A DNA stretch of 64,000 nucleotides, taken from NCBI RefSeq assembly GCF_021869535.1, contig NW_026262593.1:54002001-54066000 (forward strand), in the 5' to 3' direction. Under the pieces are notes generated by a model, which saw only the letters and a list, made by a program, of their open reading frames with translations, was not told where the DNA came from and searched no databases. Within the stretch, counting starts at the first letter, position 1, and each line of letters starts with the position of its first letter. The DNA is from Mytilus californianus (Eukaryota). The position numbers and the translations under genes are program-made. Positions 1 to 13,500 of the stretch are shown here, one piece after another.

Positions 1-1043
1 ACATTCACAAGATATATCTCTATGAGACGCAACAAAGAGATCGTATCCTGGAAGAGGGGCGAAGGATACCAGAGGGAAAGTCAAACTCATAGAACCCGTA
101 CGTAAACAAAACAAAATATCTATGAAAAAACAGCTGCATTTACAAAGCGAACCTATAAAAACAATAAGGTCGTTCCCACGTTGGGATAGACTTTTTTAAA
201 AATAGATAAAATTTTGCCCGATAACCCCAACTTTTGTTTTCACAATTATATCTGACATAGTTTTTTAGCTATTTTTTAAACTTTTATAAAATCCAATGTT
301 TTTAAAAGAAACAAAGTGCCAATATTTGATATAGGAAAAAACCTAAAAAGAAGAATTTCCCGCCGCCAAATGCACTATTGCTTTTACTTCTACAGTTTAT
401 AATGTACATTTTTTTATGTATTGGCCTTTTGTACACGTTTGAATATGCTTGTATGGTTGATTTGAATATGTTAACATGAACTTTTCTTTATCGATTGGAA
501 GCTGCTGTGATCATTATATGAATAAACATTTACGAATATATTACTCTTTCAAAAAAACCTTCTATACTCACTTTATTTAACTATGTTAATGACTGTTTCA
601 ATATCATATTTACATTTATTTCATATCGGTTAAGAATTAGCTTCTCTTATTGGATAAAAAGGGGCCACATGACATTCTTTATTCTTCAGTAATAAATTTC
701 ATCGGTCATTAACAGAATAAAACGGACCAGAAAACCTGTCATTAACGGACTTGTTCATGTTAATGACCGGTGGGGCGTGGTTTCTCTGTTTAGAGAGATG
801 TCCCGTGAATAAAACATTTTCCTGTTTTCAATTTTATATTTAAGTTGTTGAATTGTTTACCATATGTTTTCGTAAATTATAAAATTAAAGAAAACTTAAA
901 TGACTGGCAGTGACTTATAGCTACATGTATTACTACTACTGGTCTTCACTCTTTGCTATATAAATCGTACAATAAATCGAGTTTGCTTTAAACCTTTTAA
1001 ATTGATGAGAATTTTTAAAAACATGGTTCCTCAATGAAATACA

Positions 1044-1230
1044 CATAATAGTTATTGAAGAACTGGTCAGTATCGTGATACATGGACTGCCCGTAGGACA
1101 GATGTAATGACTGCAACAGCGATAATGACCTCGCCTACGACTCAGTCATTATCACTGTCTTAGTCAATACAACTGTCCTGTGGGCAGTCCATATATCGCG
1201 ATATTGACAAGTTTTTCTATAACTATTATG
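1044..1230. mobile_element. Foldback/MITE-like palindromic element
   Basis: Arms of ~85 bp: CATAATAGTTAT...CATGGACTGCCCGTAGGACAG...GATAATGAC versus GTCATTATC...CTGTCCTGTGGGCAGTCCATA...ATAACTATTATG, around a short loop. Confidence 0.7.
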
Positions 1231-1849
1231 TAAGTAAGTATCTGTGATGAGGGTTTACCAATTTTCTTTGCTGGAGAAATATGTCCTGTGTTCTAAAGTC
1301 GATAATCAAATATTGGTGCTATCATAACAAATGTAAATTTATATTGTTACTTTTAATCAAAATATGCAACATATATTTGATCTTTTTGGAAATACTAAAC
1401 GCTAATATAACGTATTTTTACTGTATCAACTGTTTGTCTAGTAGATCAAACCATGTCATCGAATAGACCTGATGCCGAGAATCATACAGAACAACAGTGC
1501 TTTTATTTCATTAATTTTGTCAAAAATGATTTGGCAAGGTGTTTCTTTATAAAAAAAATACTTGTTTAATATAAAAAAAAAAGTCTACTTCAAAGTATGT
1601 ACATCATAAGCCTCTCATGTCGAATAGCTAGTCAAATAAAGGTGAGGTGAGAGTTATTTTTTTTTATTCGTGTTGAAGGCCTAAATGTGATTTTGAGATG
1701 AAAAACAGTAATACATTTGCCATTTTGTTTTGCCATTTGTGTATGGTTTGCTGTGCATGTACTGATTTTGTGTCATGGATTGATACCCAAAATACTTTGC
1801 TTATTCTATTATGGTTATCACTTAACCCTCTTCCGTCTGGTAAATTAAA

Positions 1850-2110
1850 CATAATTGTTTGCACCTGTCCTAAATCAGGAATCTGATGTTCAGTAGTTAT
1901 TGTTTGTTGATGTGGTTCATAAGGGTTTCTCGTTTTTTTATATAGATTAGACCGTTTGTTTTCCCGTTTGAATGGTTTTACACTAGTATTTTTTGGGGGC
2001 CCTTTATAGCTTGCTTGTTGAAGACCGTACTTTGACCTATAATGGTTTACTTTTATAAATTGTGGCTTGGATGGAGAGTTGTCTTATTGGCATTCATACC
2101 ACATCTTCCT
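1850..2110 (+). repeat. Dispersed repeat with a remnant of the twister P4/L4 hairpin
   Basis: GCACCTGTCCTAAATCAGGA at 1861-1880 resembles CCTG-T-NCC-AA-GT-CAGG of the intact copies; the 5' half of the ribozyme is missing. Confidence 0.45.
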
Positions 2111-2624
2111 ATGTCTATGTAAAGCGGACAATACAAAATAACACTCGCTATATTTTGTTGTGCAATCCGGTCGGAATCACACTCTCCTGCAACTTTTGTT
2201 TTAAGGGCTCATGGATGGCATTATGGAAGCATCATGTCTCACCTTATTTGACACGCATTCATTTTTTTCTATTATAATCCACATTTCTACTGCTATTCAA
2301 TATGTACTAAATTTCCAGTGGCTAACCCAAATTTTCAGGCGTTTACCTACGTTGCAGGATATACCTTTTACATTTATTGTGAATTTGTTCTCGTCCTAAA
2401 TATTACTTAACATTTGCGACCGGACGCTATATAATGTACAATCAATCAAACTGTTTGTGATGTTCTGTGCTGTCTGTCGTTGTTGGGAGTTGTTCGTCGT
2501 TATTCTGCATGTTGTGTGGACTATTAAATTATTTGTTTGTGCATTTCTCTCTGATGAGTGTTCTTGTGTGTGTTTGTGCTGTATTTCTGTCACACATAGA
2601 TGTTATTTTAGCGATATTTTTTAC

Positions 2625-2722
2625 CATAGTTATATAAGCGGAAGATTTGGCTAGCCATAAAACCAGGTTCAACCGACCTATTTTTTCTCAAAATGTTCTG
2701 TACCAAGTCAGGAATATGACAG
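2625..2722 (+). ncRNA. Degenerate type-P5 twister ribozyme (subfamily A2), predicted inactive
   Basis: Same layout as 63869-63962, but the catalytic G is replaced by A (2642) and the T1 strand is GAT instead of GGT. Confidence 0.55.
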
Positions 2723-5700
2723 TAGTTATCAAATAGTTCGGGCTTTTTTTTTATGATGGCGTTTGTTTTTGTTGCACTTCATACAAATACAATGAAACAG
2801 TGATATCAAAATTTGAAAAGTTTATATTTTTTGCAAGGCTGCATGAATTTCTAACGAACATTCTTGAATCAAAAGTAAGTTAATGAATTTAACTTTATGA
2901 CTACTCCATACGCTATTAAGGGATGCCAAAAATCAGTTTGCATTTAGTTGAAGACAAATTATGAAACGAAATGGCCAATTTGCCAAAAAAAAGCTAAATC
3001 CAATCAATGTGTCGCAGTATTTAAAACACGACTAAGCAACCCTATATTTGTTCGCATTAATTACACATTTACTTTGAGAATCATTTGTAACCAATAGCAC
3101 GTTGCAAAAGGTCATTCGACTGGAAATTGTTATATTTAAAGATCTTTATACATTGTTATAAGGATAGCGAAATTACGAATAGTAGTTTTATCAAAATGAA
3201 AAATAGATACTATTATTAAGATAAATATATATGGAAATTGAATAAATATTTGTCTAAATGAGTATATATGGGAAGATGCGTAGATATAAATACTATTTGT
3301 AATTATTAATAATAGGAATTTACTCATTCTCAAATGCAATTGCGTGATCCATGTTTTGCTTTTCTTGTCAATTTAGAGTTTTATATAAAAGATGTTAGCT
3401 AATCAAGTTTGTTTAAATGGATGACAATAAATTGAAAAAAATAAAGTGTTAGCATGAAAATAAGCTTTGATAAGCATATTAAATGTTAAAACACAATATT
3501 CGTAAGATATAAACATACAAAAACTACTTGTGTGACACATATTGTATATCTGCGTCACAGAAATTGCAGGAAGTTTCCACTTGTCTTTAACCATATCTCT
3601 TAGTCTTTTGCTTGAATGTGAGATTTATGAATACAACTTATCCCTTTATTCTAATTGCATGTGCAGGAGCTGGTTACTGTTCGGAAACTTCTCGGTTCAA
3701 CCTGTACTGTTGACTTGGGTCGTGTCGCTTTAAAGCACGCCAACATGTGACAGTGAACACATGCTGATATCGTGGACAAACCTTTAATTTGTCTTCTCCT
3801 GCAATCCTTTTATTCCATTTGTTAGATTTTAAATACTAGTACGAGAAAACATCTTTTGCTCACAGTTAACTTTCAACACAAATACTGAACAGTTCTGTTT
3901 ATTGATTGCTACAATATAGGGACATTTGGTGTAACAAAAATAATAATACAAAACTTTTCGTAACATAAAATTTATAGCATTTGCATGTAGGATAATTGAA
4001 AAAAAAATTGTTTTTATTCACACTAATAAAAATAGTACACTGACGTATGGATGTCCATTTATTTCGTAATACATGTATATAGCGAACCGATTGGTTTAGG
4101 GCGCTTAATTCAGGAAAGACGGTGTTGTCTCAACGTCACAAAAGCAGGTGTTCTAATCTCGCTGAAAAAAGTACAATATTTTTTAGGTCTCACATTTTTT
4201 GTTTTACTTTCATTTTTGATCATAACTGTATTTTGTACTGTAGCATCATTGTTCCGGGTTAACTCAGCAATTGTTGACGTCATCGTCGCTGCAGTAGTTA
4301 CCGGAAAAGCAATCCGTTTGTCTCACAGGCTAAACTAAAATTTCAAGTTTTGCTGCCGCGGTCGATCATAAACCTTATTCGGCCTCCCAGAATAAAAACA
4401 AAATAGCCGTGAAGAATAGCAATGTGTGCTAAGTATAACGTTAAAGAACAATTAAAATAACCAATCAATCAATCATTTGATCGATCAAGGTATCTAACTT
4501 GTGCCTCAATGCTCCTGAAGAGCATGATATTGTACTAACCATGGAAGGAACATTGACGTCCTAACCTTAATCAACCAAATATGACCAGTTTACTTACTCT
4601 TATAATTGAAAGACTCAAAACAAGATGCCACGGTGTTAACAGATGTAAAAAAAAATCATTCTTTTCGGTAAGGTATTACAAAACGAACTGTAGATACCAT
4701 GCACCCTTTACACTCTGGAAGGGACATGCTATGTTCTCTTGTCTGCTTATTTAACAATGACAGTGTGATTTGCAATGTTAAAGACGACAAGATCAAGGTC
4801 CGACTTGTTAATCTGAGAATATGAAAAATGCATCATCTGCAATGTGAACTAAATGCAAAAAAACTTTATATCCATTAAGTGAAGAAAGATCCAGTTCTAA
4901 TATTTGGTTGAACTTATAACAAATCAGAAAAGATGTGCATTACTACAATACGCATGATAGGCTAACACTCTTTTATAAAATAAAATGTATGTATATATAT
5001 ATATATTAATAAACTCAATATTCTTATACAATAAACCATAAAAAAATAACTGTGTCTCAAGTTAATACTATATTTATTGTCTAAATTTTCATTATCACCG
5101 ACTTCAATTTTGTCTTGTCGATTATGTCAATGCCTTTTAATTGAGAACACATTTTAGATTATGTTTCCAGATATTATAAATATCTTGAGGAGCTTTAAGC
5201 GTTTTGTTATATTTTATTGAAATCCCAATTTTCCAAAGAGTCCATTTAGAATTTATGCTAATTGTGTTTAGAAAATTATCACATTTGAGTATTTCTGTGT
5301 TCTTACCTAACAGCATGTCCTTTTCAACAAAAATATTATCTATGTTTCATTTGAAAAGTGTTTCTGGGAGCTTGTTTAAAATTAACTGTGATATAGTACA
5401 ACTGAAAAATAAGTGTTGCAGGGTTTCTATGTTGTTGAAAATCTATTTTGTCACTTACATGCAAAACGTTCTCTTAGTAGACAGCCAATAATGACTCAAC
5501 AAATCATAACCCTGTTTAAACAACTTTCAACTGATAATCTCATGAAGGAAATCGAGTGTGCCTCTAATCGTTTTATTTGTATTTATAATGACAGTAATTA
5601 TTAAAAATGTTCAAACAATCATTAATACATATGATATCAAAACAGCTGGTACATACAACTTCAAAATACAAAATAACAATTTAATTGAAGACCAATTCAT

Positions 5701-6019
5701 AAGAAATAAATGTACAAAAAGATTTTTCTTTCAGATTCCATACTTCAAGAATCAAGAATTACAAGATCACATATCTTGATTGACTACAACAATTTCATGC
5801 GCATTTAACGTGGCATTCTTTTGAAATTCATGTCAGCAAAATTTGACTGTTTACACCTTACAATCTGCAAAAATATACTAAAAAGTATTAAATGTAGCAT
5901 TGTAGCAAAAAATATACGTAACAGTTTACGTTTTCAGGAAAATATTAATACTTTTTATAAAGTTGTCATTATATGTCTCAGACGTAAAAATAAAACTGAG
6001 AAGCGAATAATACAGATCA

Positions 6020-6690
6020 TAAAATTGAGAATGGAAATGGGGAATGGGTCAAAGAGACAACAACCCGAACATAGAGCAGACAACAGCCAAAGTCCACTAA
6101 TGGGACTTCAATGCATCGAGAAACTCCCGCACCCGGAGGAGTCCTTCAGCTGGTCCCTGAACAAATATGTATACTAGTTTAGTGATAACAAACGTCATTC
6201 TACACAAGAAACTCGAATTAAAAATCATACAAGACTAACAAAGGCCAGAGGCTTCTGACTTGGGACAGGCGCAAAAATGCGGCGGGGTTAAACATGTTTT
6301 TGAGATCTCAACCCTCCCCCTATACCTCTAGCCAATGTAGAAAAAACAAACACACAACAATACGCACAGTAAAACTCAGTTTAAGAGAAGTCCAAGTCCG
6401 ATGTTAGAATAGGTAACAAAAGAAACTAAACAAAATGACAATAGTACATAATTTAACAAAGGACTACTAGCAGTAACTGACATGCCAGCTCCAGACTTCA
6501 ATTAAACTGATTGAAAGATTATGTCTTCATCATATGAATATCAAGCACAATCCCTCCCGTAAGGGGTTTAGTATTATGCAATCATAAAATATATGAGCAG
6601 AACATAACCCGTGTCATGCCAACAACTAGTTTTAGAATAAATGTGTTTAATTCCGATGCAAAGACCCTATAAGCTAATCAATATGAATGG
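6020..6690 (-). mobile_element. Dispersed repeat family C (twister-bearing)
   Basis: Homologous to 51420-51775 (opposite orientation) and to partial copies at ~38930-39160 and ~54315-54520. Confidence 0.8.
6243..6333 (-). ncRNA. Type-P5 twister ribozyme, family C
   Basis: Minus strand: P5 GGCTAGAGG/CCTCTGGCC; P2 CCC/GGG; catalytic G6316-A6315; T1 CCC/GGG; T2 GC/GT; P3 CGCA/TGCG; P4 CCTG/CAGA (one terminal mismatch); L4 T-CCC-AA-GT. Predicted cleavage T6290/A6289. Confidence 0.72.
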
Positions 6691-8058
6691 TACACAAAAT
6701 TACCACTTGAATTAAATTGTCAAGCGGACACCAAGAGCCACACTGGATGTCGGACGTAGCAACAGCTGTGTTATTAGTAAGTCATATGACTGCCTTTGTA
6801 CATTTCGAAGGACTAATTATAAAATTATTAGGCTACTTGATAAGAACTGAACATAAATTATCGTTTGTAAGATAGTATGAAAAAATGACCCACAAATTGC
6901 ATACAGACAATAACAGTGCAATAAAGCCTTTGTTTAGAAAAGGTGAAAAATGATAGTGTGTCTAGATGAATTCATCCGCCCTTCAAAATATCAAACGGTC
7001 CTATTAGCTTTGCATGCAAGGATTTACACTGGAACAGTCACGAAGAACAGGCAAACATACATGTAGTTGTGTTAATTCAACAACATATATTTAATACAAT
7101 ACAGGTAAAAATTTGAAATACACTGAACTAAATAAAACAAAAATATCTAAATATTTACATTTTATCAAATAGATATTTACACATTGGCCATTGTATAATT
7201 TGAGACACCGTTTTCTTTATATGTAAACATTGTTTACACTACGGTAAGGTTTATAATAACTGAGAAAGATAAGTACTGTAATATTTGATTAAAAGATAAC
7301 CACATATTCATGGACTTATAAGAACCTTTTTATTCAGAAAAATAACACATTCGAATAAGCCACAGATGTATATACATAGGGTTATCTACGACCTATATGT
7401 CAAAATATATAACTAAAGTTAACCGTTCTATGTTCTACAAAAATAGAGTATCGACAATAATGGACGAGTTGCACATATATTTTCTAAACGACGGAGAAAA
7501 GACTATCATAAGTATTCAAGTATATTGAAATATCAAAATTAAGAAAATCATGAGAAAAATCATAAAAAAAATCAATAATTGGAGGTGCATAACTTAATTT
7601 AAATATACGAACATTCTAAGAAGTTTCAATGTTCTTAGATACAAGCTTAGTAGCAGTGAATAGACAAATTTGGAAAATTTATCGGTAAAAAATCAAGATC
7701 TAAGAGTGGTTACAAATTGGTGTTGGGCGTAAAAGTTTCGAGCACGACTATCGTAATTAGACTCAGAAATCAATAAATACATAACTGGATTTGGTGTTTC
7801 AAGCAAACATTTTGTACTTCGCGTACTGGGTAAAGTTTTATAACCCTAGTTTTAGGTATTTGTATGGAAATTTTGACCAAAAAGAGACTGACGGAATGAT
7901 GGGTCGAAAACTATATACTTGTTCCCTGTTGTATTCATAGTTTTTATAACTTTAAAGTCGCATTTATTTTACATTTTATGCGAGAGCAATCATCCATTCA
8001 TTATGTATTGACTGGTCTATGGGAGCTAAACTATTCTTAACGGAAGAGAAATCTTCAA

Positions 8059-8945
8059 TCACTCTTCAATAAATGGTTTGGAATGTTCACGCATCAAAGA
8101 AACGATACCATTGTATCCTAGTTTTCTGGTAATTTATTTTGGTGGTAAAAGAGATTCACCAACACTGGCACGTATATAGTAATCTGCTCCTTCCGACAGT
8201 AACATTATGACTGTATCTATATTATCTTAAAAACAATCTATAAAAAAAACTCCAGAATTTCCTCTCTTATTAATGTATGCCTTATTGTCTAGATTCAGCT
8301 TTACTATATCTACATGATTCTTCTCACTAGCAATAAACAGGGGAGACGTTTCCTTATCTGTACACTGGTTAACGTCTGCCTTGTTGTCAAGCAACAATTT
8401 TTCTACACCTGCATGATTCTCCAGACGAGCAATAAAGGGTAGATTTTCCAGTATCTATACACTTGTTTATGTCTACATTGTTATCAAGTAACAGCTTTGC
8501 TATATCTACACAATTCTCCTGAAAAGCCATGAACAGAAGTAATATTTTACTATTTCCACACTTACTAATGGCTGCCGTGTTTGCAAGTAATATCTGTACT
8601 ATAACTTTTTGATTCTCCTTACAAGCATTAAACAAGGAAGATATTCCATCATTGTTACACTTAATACTTTCAGTCTGATTGTAAAGTCACAACCCTACAA
8701 GATACACATAATTCATATCACAAGCCGTGAAAAAGGGAGACGTTTTTTAGTCTGTACATTAATCAATGTCTACCGTCTACCTTATGGTCAAGTAACAGTT
8801 TTACCACATCGACATGATTCTGCTGACGAGCAACACACAGGGGAAATTCTCAAACATCTGTACAGTGGTTAACGTCTGCCTTGTTGTAAAGCAACAGTTT
8901 TACTACATCTGCATGATTCTGCAGACAAGCAATAAACAGTAGTAT
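8059..8945 (-). pseudogene. Exon 4, part d: decayed ankyrin tail (~8 units) and probable ancestral C-terminus
   Basis: Repeat-like peptides switch frames with several stops; the terminal segment reads ...DNIDTVIMLLSEGADYYIRASVGESLLPPK*ITRKLGYNGIVSLMREHSKPFIEE* (TGA 8059-8061). Confidence 0.65.
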
Positions 8946-10524
8946 CTGTACACTTATCAATGTCTACATTGTTATCTAGTAACAGCTTTACTATATCTAT
9001 ATAATTCTCTTGACAAGCAATAAACAGGGGAGATGTTCCTTCATCGTTACACTTGTTAACGTCTGCCTTGTTGTCAAGTAACAGTTTTACTATATCTAAA
9101 TTATCCTGTTGACAAGCAATAAACAGGGGAGATAATCCGTCATCTGTACACTTATCAATGTCTACATTGTTATCTAGTAACAGCCTTACTATATCTACAT
9201 AGTTCTCTTGACAAGCCATAAACAGGGGAGATGTTCCTTCATCGTTACACTTGTTAATGTCTGCTTTGTTGTCAAGTAACAACTTTACTTTATCTACATA
9301 ATCATGTTGACATGCAATATACAGGGGAGATGATCCAGTATATCTACACTTATTAATGTCTGCTTTGTTGTCAAGTAACAGCTTTACTGTATTTACATGA
9401 TTCTCCAGACAAGCGATAAACATGGGAGATTCTCCATCCTCTCTGCACACATTAATGTCTGCTTTATTGGTAAGTAACAACTTTACTATATCAACATCAC
9501 CCTTCTGACAAGCAATATACAGGGGAGATGTTCCATTATTTTTACACGTATTAATGTCTGCTTTCTTGTCGAGCAACAGTTTTATGACATCTGCATGATT
9601 CTGTTGACAAGCAATAAACAGGGGAGATACTCCGTCATCTGTACACTTATCAATGTCTACATTGTTATCTAGTAACATCCTTACTATATCTACATAATTC
9701 TCCTGACAAGCAATACACAGGGGAGATGTTCCTTCATTGTTACACTTGTTAATGTCTGCTTTGTTGTCAAGTAACAACTTTACTATGTCTACATCACCCT
9801 TCAAACAAGCAATATACAGGAGAGATGTTCCATTATTTTTAAACGTATTAATGTCTGCCTTCTTGTCAAGTAACAGCTTTACTATATCAAAATGTTCCAT
9901 CTGACAAGCAACATACAGGAGAGATGTGCCATCAATCCTACACTTATTTATATCTGCTTTGTTGTCAAGTAACAACTTTACTATATTTATATCACCCTTC
10001 TGACAAGCGATATACAGTGGAGATGTTCCATTAATTTTACACGTATTAATTTCTACACTGTTGTCCAGTAACATCTTCACTACATTAAGATGTTCCATCT
10101 GACAGGCTATTAACAGGGGAGATGTTCCATCGATCATACTCTTATTAGTGTCTGCCTTGTAATCAAGTAGCAGCTTTACTATACCTATATGATTATTCTG
10201 ACAAGCAACATACAAGGGAAACATTGCATAACCATTATAATTATTAATGTCTGCCTTATTTTCAAGTAACAGCTGGACTATAGCTTCATGATTCTCTTGA
10301 CAAGCAATATCTAGAGGAAGGCTGTTCCATTTTGTACACTTGTTAGTGTCTGCATTGTTTATAAGTAACAGTTTTACAATATCTACATGTTTGTTCTTAC
10401 AAGCAATATATAGGGAAGATATACCCATGTTTATGTCTGCCTTGTTTTTAAGTAACAGTTTTACTATATCTATATGATTCTTCTGACAAGCAATAAACAG
10501 AGGAGAAATGCCCATCTTGTACAC
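8869..10524 (-). CDS. Exon 4, part c: ankyrin repeat array (~16 units) after a 1-nt frameshift
   Basis: ACA-AGATGGGC-ATT has 8 nt where the repeat consensus has 9; the repeats continue in the new frame until a further deletion frameshift at ~8940. Confidence 0.9.
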   Translation of the reverse strand: MYKMGISPLFIACQKNHIDIVKLLLKNKADINMGISSLYIACKNKHVDIVKLLLINNADTNKCTKWNSLPLDIACQENHEAIVQLLLENKADINNYNGYAMFPLYVACQNNHIGIVKLLLDYKADTNKSMIDGTSPLLIACQMEHLNVVKMLLDNSVEINTCKINGTSPLYIACQKGDINIVKLLLDNKADINKCRIDGTSLLYVACQMEHFDIVKLLLDKKADINTFKNNGTSLLYIACLKGDVDIVKLLLDNKADINKCNNEGTSPLCIACQENYVDIVRMLLDNNVDIDKCTDDGVSPLFIACQQNHADVIKLLLDKKADINTCKNNGTSPLYIACQKGDVDIVKLLLTNKADINVCREDGESPMFIACLENHVNTVKLLLDNKADINKCRYTGSSPLYIACQHDYVDKVKLLLDNKADINKCNDEGTSPLFMACQENYVDIVRLLLDNNVDIDKCTDDGLSPLFIACQQDNLDIVKLLLDNKADVNKCNDEGTSPLFIACQENYIDIVKLLLDNNVDIDKCTDTTVYCLSAESCRCSKTVALQQGRR

Positions 10525-13500
10525 TTATCAATGTCTGCTTTGTTTTCAAGTAACAGTTTCACTATATACACATGGTTATTCTGACAAGCAGTTAACAAGG
10601 GAGAGTTTTCAAAATAATTACTATTATTAATGTCTGCCTTGTAGTCAAGTAACAGTTTTACTATATCTACATGATTCTTCTGACAAGCAATGAATAATGG
10701 AGATATACCATTATATATACACTTATCAATGTCTACCATATTGTCAAGTAAAATCTGTACAATAGCTTTATGATTCTCCTGAGAGGCAATATAAAGGGGA
10801 GATTTTCCATCATATGTCAAGTTATTAATGTCTGCCGTGTTGTTCAGTAACATTTTAACAATCGCTCCATGATTTTTCTTACACGCAATAAACAGGGCAG
10901 ATTTGCCACCAAAATGACGAATATTAATGTTTGCCTTATTGTTTAGTAACAGTTGTACTACCTCTACATGATTCATCTGACAAGCAATAAATAAAGGAGA
11001 TATTCTATAATATTTACACTTATTAATGTCTGCATTGTTGTGAAGTAACAGCTGTACAATAGCTTCATGATTATTTTCACACGCAATAAACAGGGGAGAT
11101 ACTCCATCATATTTACACTTATTAATGTCTGCTTTGTTATCAAGTAAAAGTTTAACTATATTTACATGATTCTCCTTGCAAGCAATAAATAATGGAGATA
11201 TTCCATTATATTTACACTTATTAATGTCTGCATTGTTATCCAGTAACAGTTTTACTATATCTAAAAGATTTTTCTTACAAGCCATTAACAGGGGAGATAT
11301 TCCATCATATTTACACTGATCAATGTCTGCCTTGTTGTCAAGTAATAACTGTACCATTGTTCTATGATTCTCTTGACAAGCAACATATAGGGGAGATATT
11401 CCATCATATTTACACTTATTTATGTCTTCCTTGTTGTCCAGTAACAGCTTTACTTTATCGATTTGATTCTCCCGACAAGCACCAAACAATGGATATGGTT
11501 CATCGTCTGTCCTCTTATCGATTTTTGCCTTGTGGTCGAGTAACAATTTCACTATAGGTACATGATTATTCTTACTAGCAATACACATGGGAGATGTGCC
11601 ATCATCTGTACATTTATTAATGTCTGCCTCATTGTCTAATAACAGCTTTACTATATCTACATGATTCGTCTGACAAGCAATAAACAAGGGAGATTTTCCA
11701 TCATCTAAACACTTATTCATATCTGCCTTGTTGTCAAGTAACAACTTTACTACATGTTCCCAATTTTCAAGACATGCAATAAATAGGGGAGATATTTCAT
11801 CATATTTACACTTATTAATGTTCGCCTTGTTGTCAAGTAATAGCGTTAATATATTTATATGATTATTCTGACAGACGATAAACAGGGGTGATGTTCCATC
11901 ATCTGTACATTTATTAACGTCGGCCTTGTTGTCAAGTAACATCTTCACTATATCTATATTGTTCATCAGACAAGCAATATACAGAGGAGATATTCCGTCT
12001 GCATTACACTGATTGATGACTGCACTGTTGTGAAGTAACAGCCTAACTATATCTACATAATTATTCTGACAAGCAATATATAGGGGAGAGCTGCAGTCAT
12101 ATCTACACTTTTTAATGTCTACTTTGTTGTCAAGTAACAGCTTTACTATATCTACATGATTATACTGACAAGCAACATATAGGGGAGAGCTGTAGTCATA
12201 TCTACACTTGTTAATGTCTACTTTGTTGTCAAGTAACAGCTTCACTATATCTACATGATTATTCTGACAAGCAACATACAAGGGAGAGGTGTTATCAAGT
12301 GAACACTGATTTACGTCTGCCTTGTTATCAAGTAACAGCTGTACTATATCTGAAAGATTATTCTGACAAGCAATAAACAGGGCAAATTTTTTATCATCTG
12401 TGCACTGATTAACGCATGCCTTGCTGTCAAGTAACATATTTACTACGATTACATGATTATTCTGACAAGCAGTATATAGGGGATATGTGCAGTCATATCT
12501 ACACTTGTTAATGTCTACTTTGTTGTCAAGTAACAGCTTTACTATATCTACATGATTATTCTGACAAGCAACATACAGGGGAGAGGTGTTATCAAGTGTA
12601 CACCGGTTTACGTCTGCCTTGTGGTCAAGTAACATTTTTACTATTCCTATATGATCCTTCTGACAAGCTACATACAGAGGAGATGCGCCTCTATCTGTAC
12701 ACTTATTAATGTCTGCCTTGCTGTTTAGTAACAACATTATTATATCTTGATACCCTTCCTCACAAGCAATAAACAGAGGAGAGGTGCCGTCATATCTACA
12801 CTTGTTAATATCTACATTGTTGTCAAGTAACAGCTTAACTATATCTAAGTGATTTTTCTGACAAGCAAAAAACAGAGGAGATGTTTTATCATTTGTACAC
12901 TTATTAATGTCTGCATTTTTATCAAGCAAAACATTTATTATATCTTGATACCCTTCCTGACAAGCAATAAACAGAGGAGATGTGCCATCATATCGACACT
13001 TGTTAATGTCTGCATTGTTATCAAGTAACAGCTTTACCATATCTACATGATTATACTGACAACTATTAAAAAGGGGGGATGTACCATCGATTGTACTTTT
13101 ATTAATGGCTGCCTTTTTGTTAAGCAACAGCTTTACTATATCTACATGATTCCTGTGACAAGCAATAAAGAGGGGAAATATTCCATTATATTTACACCTA
13201 TTAATGGCTGCCTTTTTTTCAAGCAACATCTTTACTATATCTACATGATTCCTGTCACACGCAATAAATAGAGGAGATATCCCATCATAATTACACATAT
13301 TAATGTCTGCCTTTTTGTCTAGTAACAGCTTTACTATTTCTACATGATTCCTCTGACAAGAAATAAGCATGGGAGATATTCCGTCATCTTTACACTTATT
13401 GATGTCTGCCTTATTGTCAAGTAACAGCTTCACTATATCTACATGATTCTCCTGACAAGCAATGAACAAGGACGATGTTCCATCGTTCGCACACTTATTA

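Noticed and set aside
4051-4338. 95-aa hydrophobic ORF as a membrane protein
   Set aside because: T-rich composition explains the hydrophobicity; no splice context or motif support.
5821-6177. 118-aa ORF
   Set aside because: Its 3' half lies within repeat family C; no recognisable protein features.
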